A DNA stretch of 64,000 nt, from positions 2,624,001 through 2,688,000 of the forward strand of contig OZ241869.1 of assembly GCA_965202805.1 (NCBI GenBank), in the 5' to 3' direction. The stretch is from Longimicrobiales bacterium (lineage in GTDB: Bacteria > Gemmatimonadota > Gemmatimonadetes > Longimicrobiales > Gaopeijiaceae). The notes beneath the pieces were generated by a model. That model saw only the letters and a list, made by a program, of their open reading frames with translations. It did no database searches and had not been told where the DNA came from. Shown here in pieces: positions 10,436 to 18,800 of the stretch. A program made the translations under genes and the position numbers. Numbering within the stretch: the stretch's first letter is position 1; each line of letters opens with the position of its first letter.

Positions 10436-11389
10436 GTGACCGAGGAGATACGGGGTGGTCGGATTCCCCTGTGCGTGCACCCGGAGTGGGGGCGCGCCCT
10501 TCCGTGGGTCGTCCAGGGGACCACGGTCCGCACCCGCGCCGAAATCAGGCAGCCCGCCCACGACCGGGCCGGACGCACCCGCGCCGAGGTCGGGCGAACC
10601 GCCCCCTACCGCGCCGGACGCACCCGTGCCGATGAACGCCCGCCCGCCCGAGCCCGCGAACGCCCGGCCGCGCGCGCCGACAGCGGAGAACGCGAAGACG
10701 TCGACTTCGGGCTGTTCACGGGTGCGCCGGCGGGCGCGGTGATGAAGCGGTGGGAACTGCTCGCCGAGGATACCGGGTGCGAGAGCCTGGTGCACGCCCG
10801 CCAGGTCCACGGGCGCGCGATCACCCTGCACGAGGCAACCCCGCGAGGCCTCCTCCTGGCTCCGCCGTGCGACGGACACGCCACGCGCCGGCCCGGCACG
10901 CTGCTCGCCGTCTCCGTGGCCGACTGCGTTCCCGTCTTCGTGGTCGCCCCGGGCGCCCGCGCAGTGATGCTGCTTCACGCGGGGTGGAGGGGGGTGGCGA
11001 GCGGAATCCTGGAGGCGGGCCTTGCGATGCTGGAACGGGACTTCGGCACCCATGTCCGTGAGACCCGCATGCACATGGGACCGGCCATCTGCGGGGACTG
11101 CTACGAAGTGGGGCGCGAGGTGCACGAGGCGCTGGGGCTGCCGCGGCCGGCATCCCCCCGCGAGCCGGTCGATCTTCGGCGCGCACTCCTCCGCCGCGCC
11201 CTCGCCGCCGGCGCCGATCCCGCGCACCTGACGACCTCGACGTTTTGCACCCGGTGCGCGGACGCGCCATTCTTCTCGCACAGAGGTGGAGATGCCGGCC
11301 GCCAGTTAGCGGTGCTGGGCATCGCCCCGAACGACGCCGTCTCCCCACGGGGGGAAGGGTCCCCCGGACACCGCCGGGAGCCGAGCTAG
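10436..11389 (+). CDS. pgeF: PgeF/YfiH polyphenol-oxidase-like (purine nucleoside phosphorylase) protein
   Basis: RQVHG, DGHAT, VADCVPV, HAGWRG, GPAICGDCYEVG, FFSHR motifs; GTG start at 10436 is a best guess. Confidence 0.85.
   Translation: MTEEIRGGRIPLCVHPEWGRALPWVVQGTTVRTRAEIRQPAHDRAGRTRAEVGRTAPYRAGRTRADERPPARARERPAARADSGEREDVDFGLFTGAPAGAVMKRWELLAEDTGCESLVHARQVHGRAITLHEATPRGLLLAPPCDGHATRRPGTLLAVSVADCVPVFVVAPGARAVMLLHAGWRGVASGILEAGLAMLERDFGTHVRETRMHMGPAICGDCYEVGREVHEALGLPRPASPREPVDLRRALLRRALAAGADPAHLTTSTFCTRCADAPFFSHRGGDAGRQLAVLGIAPNDAVSPRGEGSPGHRREPS
10529..10680 (+). repeat. In-frame 45-nt tandem repeat (about 2.5-3 degenerate units) inside pgeF
   Basis: Unit starts CGCACCCG(C/T)GCCGA at 10529, 10574 and 10619, encoding RTRAE...RAG. 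Confidence 0.75.
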
Positions 11390-11676
11390 TGGACCGTTCC
11401 TTGCAGGGATTGCGCGCGGATCCGTCGGTGGGGCTTTGCTCGGTCTGCGCGCACAGCAGGGTGACGGGAAACCGGAGAGGCTCCATCTTCTGGCTCTGCC
11501 GGCTCTCGACCGACGACGCGCGCTTCCGGCGCTACCCGCGCCTTCCGGTGGCGCGCTGCCCGGGATTCGAACCGGCCACGGCCGGAAGGGCGGACGACGA
11601 CGGGGAGGACCAGGAACTGCAGGCTCGACAAGGCGAAGACGCAACAACCCAACCGAACCGGGAGAACCGGAAATGA
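11389..11676 (+). CDS. Small Cys-rich conserved hypothetical protein (possible Zn/Fe-S binder)
   Basis: GTG overlaps the pgeF TAG; GLCSVC...FWLC...RYPRLPVARCPGF; its TGA overlaps the next ATG (ATGA). Confidence 0.65.
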   Translation: MDRSLQGLRADPSVGLCSVCAHSRVTGNRRGSIFWLCRLSTDDARFRRYPRLPVARCPGFEPATAGRADDDGEDQELQARQGEDATTQPNRENRK

Positions 11677-12149
11677 GCGAACCCTTCTACGTGTCCAGAG
11701 TGGAATTCGAAAAAGTGGCCGGTGCGCGCAGGCGCGGCCGGCTTCCCGCGGGAACCACGGTTGAGCTCGGCGTCCACGGGCCGGTGAAGAGCCACTACCG
11801 GCTCGACGCCGAACCGGATCAGCCCCTCGCAGTGGACTACGTCGTCGCCGCCGCGGGCGGGTGACTGCTCGGAACCCTCAACGGCGCACTGGAGGTGCGC
11901 GGGATCAGCCTCACCCCGGACCAGATCAGCGCCCGGGCGGAAGGAATCAACGAGATGGCGGGCAGACTGCCCTTGCTCAGGCGCATTCACGTTCACTACC
12001 GGCTCTCGATCCCCGAGGGATCGCGCGCTCCCACCGACCGGGCCCTCGCCAGCCATGTGGACAAGTGCCCCACGGCCGCGAGCCTGCGCGGCGCCATCGA
12101 CATCACCTGGAGCGCGGACATCGTCGAGCACGCCGCAGGCAACGCGTGA
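11673..12149 (+). CDS. OsmC/Ohr-family peroxiredoxin-like selenoprotein (in-frame UGA at 11862-11864 read as Sec64)
   Basis: ORFs 11436..11864 and 11895..12149 are in the same frame with an open linker. DYVVAAAGG-UGA-LLGTLNGALE matches the OsmC first-Cys helix; second Cys in HVDKCPTAASL. Confidence 0.8.
11865..11908 (+). promoter_or_regulatory. Putative bacterial SECIS element
   Basis: Stem GCGCAC (11884-11889)/GTGCGC (11895-11900) with UGGAG loop about 25 nt after the UGA; CCC (11875-77)/GGG (11901-03) lower pairing. Confidence 0.65.
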
Positions 12150-12245
12150 TCGAGCGCCTGGACAGGCGGCGGCCCAACCCGGCGACGATCGGGCACGGTC
12201 CCGCGACGCGCGTGCCCTCCGCTCCCGCATCGGCTGAGCGATCCC

Positions 12246-13814
12246 GTGCCTGAACTGCTGGCGCAGACGATCATCGGCCTCTCCCTGGCGGTCCTGGCCC
12301 TGCTGCTGCCGTTCGCCGCCCACCGGACCTACCTGCTGCTGCTCAGCCGACGGCCGCCCCCGGAGCTGCCGCGCAGGTGGTCGGGCCGGTTGCCGCCGGT
12401 CACCGTCCAGCTCCCCCTGTACAACGAGGCTCCCGTCGCCCGCCGGGTAATCGACGCCGCGTGCTCGCTCGACTATCCGGCCCGCGCCCTCGAGATCCAG
12501 GTGCTGGACGACTCGACCGACGAAACCGTGGACCTCGTCGCCCGGCGGGTGGCGTGGTGGCGGGCCCGGGGCGTGAACGTCTGCCACATCCGCCGCCGGC
12601 AGCGCTCAGGGTTCAAGGCGGGCGCCCTGGCCGCGGGCGTACGCCGGGCCCACGGCGAGTTTCTGCTGGTGCTGGACTCGGACTTCGTACCCCGGCCGGA
12701 TCTCGTCAGGAAGCTGCTGCCGCCCTTCCAGGAGCCGCGCGTCGGGATGGTTCAGGCCCGCTGGGATCACCTCAACGAAGACACCAACTGGCTCACGCGC
12801 GCGCAGAGCCTGCTGCTCGACGGGCACTTCTTCTTCGAGCACGGAGGACGCTACCGGGGTGGTCTCTTCTTCAACTTCAACGGCACCGCCGGCATGTGGC
12901 GGCGCCGCTGCCTCGAGGACGCGGGCGGATGGCAGGCGGACACCCTCACCGAGGACCTCGACATCAGCTACCGCGCGCAGATGCAGGGCTGGCGCTTCGT
13001 CTTCCTCGAGGACATCGGGGTTCCCGCGGAGTTGCCGGACCAGACGGGGGCCTTCGAGATCCAGCAGCGGCGGTGGTCCCAGGGGGGGATTCAGACGGCG
13101 CGCAAGCTCCTCCCGGAACTGCTGCGCGGCCCCTGGCGGCTCTCCGTGAAGAAGGAGGCGGTGATCCATCTGTGCGGGCACGTCGCCTACCCGCTCACGC
13201 TGCTCCTCGGGCTCCTGATCTATCCCTCCGCCCTGGCCCGGCGCGCGCTCAGCGGGGAGGAGTTCCTCTTCATCGACCTGGTCATCTTCTTCGTGGCAAC
13301 CATCCCCTTCGTCATCTACTACACCGCCGCGGGCCGAAAGCGGAGCCGTCCCTGGGGGGACCTGCTCCCCGCGGTGGCCGTGACCCTGGCGACGGGCGTC
13401 GGGCTGACGGCGCCGGCGACGCGCGCGGTGCTGCGCGGTCTGGCGGGACGCCGGGACGGTTTCGCCCGAACGCCCAAGAAGGGCAGCGGCGGGTCGGTTC
13501 GCGAGCGTCCCGGAAGCAAGACCCCGGACACCCTGTTCAAGCTGACGCTGGCGCTGGTGATGAGCTTCTTCGTGGGCGCCGCGATCCAGGCCCGGCTATA
13601 CGCCTCCGTCCCGTTCCTGCTGCTCTTCGCCGTGGGCTACTGGAGCCTGGGGGTCGGCGGCCTGAAGCTCCTTGGAAGGGACGCGCGCGTCCCAAAAGAG
13701 CAGGGCGTAGAAGGGAAGCCAGAGGAGGAGGACCGTCCACAGGGGCCTCGGCCACTCCCCGATCTCCAGGTAGGTCCCCAGACCCACGTACGTGACGAAT
13801 GCGAGGCCGCTTAG
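12246..13814 (+). CDS. GT2 glycosyltransferase, cellulose-synthase-like membrane protein
   Basis: QLPLYNE, DDSTD, GFKAGAL, DSDF, TEDLD, QQRRW (D,D,D,QxxRW); C-terminal TM helices. Confidence 0.9.
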   Translation: MPELLAQTIIGLSLAVLALLLPFAAHRTYLLLLSRRPPPELPRRWSGRLPPVTVQLPLYNEAPVARRVIDAACSLDYPARALEIQVLDDSTDETVDLVARRVAWWRARGVNVCHIRRRQRSGFKAGALAAGVRRAHGEFLLVLDSDFVPRPDLVRKLLPPFQEPRVGMVQARWDHLNEDTNWLTRAQSLLLDGHFFFEHGGRYRGGLFFNFNGTAGMWRRRCLEDAGGWQADTLTEDLDISYRAQMQGWRFVFLEDIGVPAELPDQTGAFEIQQRRWSQGGIQTARKLLPELLRGPWRLSVKKEAVIHLCGHVAYPLTLLLGLLIYPSALARRALSGEEFLFIDLVIFFVATIPFVIYYTAAGRKRSRPWGDLLPAVAVTLATGVGLTAPATRAVLRGLAGRRDGFARTPKKGSGGSVRERPGSKTPDTLFKLTLALVMSFFVGAAIQARLYASVPFLLLFAVGYWSLGVGGLKLLGRDARVPKEQGVEGKPEEEDRPQGPRPLPDLQVGPQTHVRDECEAA

Positions 13815-15038
13815 CAGGATCCAGGCGCGGTTCCGGCGCAGGGCCGCGAAGGGCAGGATCCAGAGGGCGTACCATGGGTGGAAGGTGGGCGAGAGCAGAA
13901 GCCCCGCGCCGAGAATCCAGAAGAGAGCCCGCTCGGCGTCGAAGTTGCGGAGCGTCGCCCAGGCCACGACCGCGAGCACGAGCGCCCCGGACAGGTAGCG
14001 GGACGCCATCGGCCCCGGCAGAGCGGCTTCGATGACGGCGAACGCCCCCTCGTACGCGCGCCAGTGTTCCGCATAGGTGGCGAGGCCGGCCCAGAGCGCG
14101 GATCCCGCCTCGGCATAGGGAAGATGGAAGAGCACCAGCACTACCACGCACGCCGCGAACACGCGCACTCCGTAGCGACGGGTGAGCGCCGGCAGGACGG
14201 CGATGGGCGCGAACTTGGTCAGGGTCGCCAGGGCCAGCACGGTCCCCATCGCCCACGGCGTCCAGGACCTCGATGCGAAGCGCGCGCCGGAGGGGCCGGC
14301 GTTGGCGTCGCCGGAGACGGGACCGGTGTCGGGCGCGGCCGGGGCGTCGGCGGCGGACCCGGGCGTCCCGCGCGCGGGCAGGGCGAGGGCAACCACGACC
14401 ACGAGCAGGAGGATGCCGAGGGACTCGAAGTGTCCGCTCCAGGCCGTCTCGACCACCAGCAGCGGCGACCACGCAAACAGGACGAGGGTCCCGGCCACCG
14501 GGCGACCGGTCCGGCGCGCCACCTTCCCCAGCAGCAGACAGGCCGCCAGGTCGGCGAGCGTCCACAGCACCTTGAGTGCGAGCATCGACCCGCCGGCGAG
14601 CGCGCCCGCCGCGAAGACCACCTGGGCGAAGGGCGGGTAGATGGTGGAGATGGAGGGATTGTTGATGCGCGCGTGCCAGGCGGTGCGAATGGACTCCAGC
14701 TCCGGCGCATCCGGGGGGTACAGGTAGGGGTTGATGCCCGCCGCCTGCACGTGTCCGTCCCAGAGGTAGCGGTAGATGTCGTCGGACAGAAACGGCACGC
14801 ACGGGAGTAGGACCACACGGAAGAGGATGGCGAAGCCCCAGATGAGGCGGGTGTCGGCGCGCTCGTCGAACGCGGCAAACGCCACCCCCCAGTAGGCCGC
14901 GAACGCACCTGCAAGGAGCGCGAGGCGTGGAAAGGGAACCCCGGCTTCGGGCCACCAGCCCAGAGCTGCCAGAAAAGCAAGTTCCAGCAGGCCGAGGACG
15001 ATCAGCGGGCGCGCGCTGCCGCCACGGAACCAGCTCAC
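13596..15038 (-). CDS. GT-C fold membrane glycosyltransferase (GT87/DUF2029-like)
   Basis: LSDDIYRYLWDG, GINPY, TIYPP, FAWSPL, HPWYALW; multiple TM segments. Confidence 0.85.
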   Translation of the reverse strand: MSWFRGGSARPLIVLGLLELAFLAALGWWPEAGVPFPRLALLAGAFAAYWGVAFAAFDERADTRLIWGFAILFRVVLLPCVPFLSDDIYRYLWDGHVQAAGINPYLYPPDAPELESIRTAWHARINNPSISTIYPPFAQVVFAAGALAGGSMLALKVLWTLADLAACLLLGKVARRTGRPVAGTLVLFAWSPLLVVETAWSGHFESLGILLLVVVVALALPARGTPGSAADAPAAPDTGPVSGDANAGPSGARFASRSWTPWAMGTVLALATLTKFAPIAVLPALTRRYGVRVFAACVVVLVLFHLPYAEAGSALWAGLATYAEHWRAYEGAFAVIEAALPGPMASRYLSGALVLAVVAWATLRNFDAERALFWILGAGLLLSPTFHPWYALWILPFAALRRNRAWILLSGLAFVTYVGLGTYLEIGEWPRPLWTVLLLWLPFYALLFWDARVPSKELQAADPQAPVAHGEEQQERDGGV

Positions 15039-15068
15039 CGTCCCCGCGCTCCTGACCGCCCGCCCGCC

Positions 15069-15803
15069 ATGTCTCCTTCACCGCCACCCCGGGCACCCTC
15101 GGTCGCCGGCGCCGTGGCCGTGCTCATTCCCGCCCTCGACGAGGCGCCGACCATCGGGTCGGTAATCGGCGCGCTGCCGGCCGGCCTGGTCGACGAAATC
15201 GTGGTCGCGGACAATGGCTCGCGGGACGCCACCCCCCGCATCGCGCGCGACCTGGGAGCGGTCGTGGTGGACGAGCCGCGCCTGGGATACGGTTCCGCCT
15301 GTCTGGCCGGCATGCGCCACCTGGCCCGGCGGCCACCGGCGATCGTGGTGTTTCTCGACGCGGACGGGAGCGACGACCCCTCCGGCCTGGCCCGGCTGAT
15401 CGAACCCATTCGTTCGGGCGCGGCCGACATGGTGCTGGGGGTGCGCACCGGCGACCCGCCCGGCGTGCCGCTGCACGCACGCATGGGCAACCGGGTCGTG
15501 CTCATGTGCGCGCGCCTCCTCTTCGGCCTCCGCTTCCGCGACATGCCCCCCTTCCGCGCCATCCGCTACGATCGCCTGTGCGAACTGCACATGGATGACC
15601 GCGACTGGGGCTGGACCCTGCAGATGCAGATCCGCGCCGGCCGCCTCCGCCAGCGCATCGTCGAGATCGACGTCCCGTACACTCGCCGTACAGGGGGTGT
15701 TTCCAAGATCAGCGGCACGCTGAGCGGTTCCCTCAAGGCCGGCGCCAAGATGTTCCATACTCTCGCCCGCGAGAGATTGATGTCCGTGAGACAATACAGA
15801 TGA
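15069..15803 (+). CDS. GT2 polyprenol-phosphate glycosyltransferase (DPM1-like)
   Basis: LIPALDE, VADNGSRD, GYGSAC, FLDADGSD, GVSKISGT. Confidence 0.9.
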   Translation: MSPSPPPRAPSVAGAVAVLIPALDEAPTIGSVIGALPAGLVDEIVVADNGSRDATPRIARDLGAVVVDEPRLGYGSACLAGMRHLARRPPAIVVFLDADGSDDPSGLARLIEPIRSGAADMVLGVRTGDPPGVPLHARMGNRVVLMCARLLFGLRFRDMPPFRAIRYDRLCELHMDDRDWGWTLQMQIRAGRLRQRIVEIDVPYTRRTGGVSKISGTLSGSLKAGAKMFHTLARERLMSVRQYR

Positions 15804-18800
15804 ACGACACCGATACCGAAGTCATGCCCCGCGCGCGGGACACACCCGCCGTCATCGACGACGTCCGCAGCCGCCTGAAGCGCGTCCTCCCCCATGGGGA
15901 AGCCGGGCTCGCGGCGGACTTCGCGGCGCTCTTCCTCGCCAGGGCCCCCGCGCTCTACCTCAGCGAGCGGAGCCCGGTGGAGCTCGCGCGGCTGACCGCG
16001 GACGCCTTCGCGTTCCTCCGGGCGAGCCGTCCGGACCGGGTGGACGTGCGCGTCTTCAACCCCGCCGCGGATCCGGAGCGGCGGCGGACTCCGGTGACCG
16101 TCATCCGCACCAACGTGGGCGAGCGCCCCTTCATCGTGGACTCGATCCGCGAGTATCTGCACTCGCGCGATCTGACCATCGAGCACTTCATCTACCCGCT
16201 GCTCGGCATCGTGCGTCACGAGGGCCGCATCCTGCGCATCGTGCCGCCCGGCGACGCGGAGGAGCGGGAATCCCTCATCCACTGCGAGATCTCGCGCGTG
16301 ACCGATCCCGCCGTCCTGGAGTCGCTTCAGGAGGAACTCGAGCACCGCCTCGCGGATGTGGTGCGCGCCACCGACGACTTCCGGCCCATGCTGGCTGGGC
16401 TGAACAGCACGATGCAGCGCCTCGATGCCCGGTCCCGCGAGCTCCCGGACCTCGCCGGCGAACTCGAAGAGATCCGGGCCTTTCTCGCCTGGCTGCGCGA
16501 CGACGGCTTCGTCTTCCTGGGGCACCGGCGCTACGACATCGCCGACGACCCCGACACCGGCGAGCCCTTCGTGATGGTGGAGCGCGGCTCCGGCCTCGGC
16601 ATCCTGCGTGACGAAGAACGTTCGGGCTACGTGAACCCGGTTCCCCTGGCAGCCATGCCCGACACGCTGCGGCACCTGCTCGCCGACGGTCCCCTGCTGC
16701 TCATCGGCAAGACCAACACCCGCTCGACCGTGCATCGACTGGCGCACATGGACTACATCGGCGTCAAGAAGCTGGATCCCGGGGGGCGGCAGGTGGGAGA
16801 GGAACGCTTTCTGGGGCTCTTCACCTCGAAGGCGTACGGCGACCACGCCGACCGGATCCCCATCCTGCGCCAGAAGCTGCGCTGGATCCTGGAGGACGCC
16901 GGGGCCCAGAAGGGGGCGCACGACTACAAGGAGATCAACACGATCTTCAACTCGATGCCGAAAGAGGAGCTCTTTCTCAGCTCGGCGCGGGAAATCGCCA
17001 AGGACGTCAGAACTGCGCTGACCTCGTACCACACCACCGGGGTGCAGGTGACCCGCCGGGAGGACCCGCTCCGCCGGGGAGCCTCGTTCATGGTCATCAT
17101 CCCGCGCGAGAAGTTCTCCGCCAAGGCGCGCAAGGCGATCGAGGCCGCGTTCGTCAACGCCCTCGACGGCGAGGTCCTCAATTATCACCTGGCGATGGGC
17201 GGCGGAGAGCAGGCCCGGCTCCACTTCTACCTGAGGGTGCGTCCGGAGCTGCTGGACGTCGTCACCGACCTTGAGCTCAAGCGGCTCGTGCAGGAGCTCA
17301 CGCGCGACTGGACCGACCGGGTGGGCGACGAGCTGGGGCAGGTCAGGCCGCGGAACGAGGCGCGCCGCCTCGCCGACCGCTACGCCACCGGCTTCGGCGC
17401 GGACTACCGGGCCATCGCCGACCCCGACGCGGCCGCCCGGGACATCCTGCAGCTCGAGGCGATGGTAGCGGACGGACGCGACCTGTCCATCGCCCTCTCC
17501 AACCCGAAGCAGAGCGCCGTGGCGCCAGGTGACCGCGTGACCGAGCTGCGCCTCTACCGGCTCGGCCCCCGGCTGGTTCTGTCGCACTTCATGCCCACGC
17601 TCGAGAACGCGGGACTGCGGGTGATCGCGGAGAAGCCGGCCCAGCTCCGGGGATCGGGCGTGCCCGAGGGGGCAGTCCACACCTTCGCCGTCCAGACCGC
17701 CGGCAAGTCTCCGCTCGACCTCGGCGAGGTCGGGCCTCCCCTGGTGGACGCCATCCTGGCGGTGAGCGCCGGCGACGCCACCAACGACCGCCTCAACGCC
17801 CTGGTGCCGGCCGCCGGCCTGGCCTGGCGGGAAGTCGAGGTGCTGCGCGCCTACTCGAGCTACGCCTTCCAGCTCGGCGCGGTCCCGAGCCGGGACTCCA
17901 TCGTCGACGCCCTTCTCAACTATCCCCGCATCGCCCGGCTGCTCTTCGCCTTCTTCGAGACCCGCTTCCGACCAGGGAAACGGGCGCGCGGGCGCCGGAA
18001 GGCCGACATGGACGCGATGCGCGCGAAGCTGCTCGCCGCCCTGAACGACGTCTATCTGCTGAGCGACGACCGTGCCCTGCGCCACCTGTTGACGCTGATC
18101 GGGGCCACGGTGCGCACCAACTACTACGCGACCGGAGGCGGCAGGCCGACGCGGCGCTCGGGCGGGGTCCCGTACATGTCGTTCAAGGTGATGGCGCGCG
18201 CGATGACGTCGCTGACCCGGACCCCGCTGCTCTTCGAGGCGTGGGTGCGCTCGGCCCGGATGGAAGGGGTGCACCTGCGCGGCGCGCGTGTCGCCCGGGG
18301 GGGCATCCGCTACAGCGACCGCCCCGACGATTTTCGCACCGAAGTGCTGGGGCTCGCGGAAACGCAGATCGTGAAGAACTCGGTGATCGTCCCCGCCGGC
18401 TCCAAGGGCGGCTTCGTCATCCTCGACCAGCCGTCCCTTTCCGTTGCGATCCGGAGCGAGGTGGAACGGCAGTACCGCACGCTGATGCGGGGGCTCCTCG
18501 ACCTGACCGACAACGTGCGGGGGGGCAGACCGGTCCCGCCCGACGCCGTGGTCAGCTACGACGACCCCGACCCCTATCTGGTGGTGGCCGCCGACAAGGG
18601 CACCGCGGGGTTCTCCGATGTCGCGAACGCGGTGGCGGGCGACTACGGCTTCTGGCTGGGCGACGCCTTCGCCTCCGGCGGCTCGAACGGATACGGCCAC
18701 AAGGAGCTGGCGATTACCGCGCGCGGCGCGTGGGAGTGCGTCAAGCGCCACTTCCGCGAGATGGGCAAGGACATTCAGTCGGAGCCCTTCACGGTGGTCG

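Noticed and set aside
11436..11864. Stand-alone 142-aa ORF and separate 84-aa ORF at 11895
   Set aside because: Better explained as one UGA-readthrough OsmC gene starting at 11673
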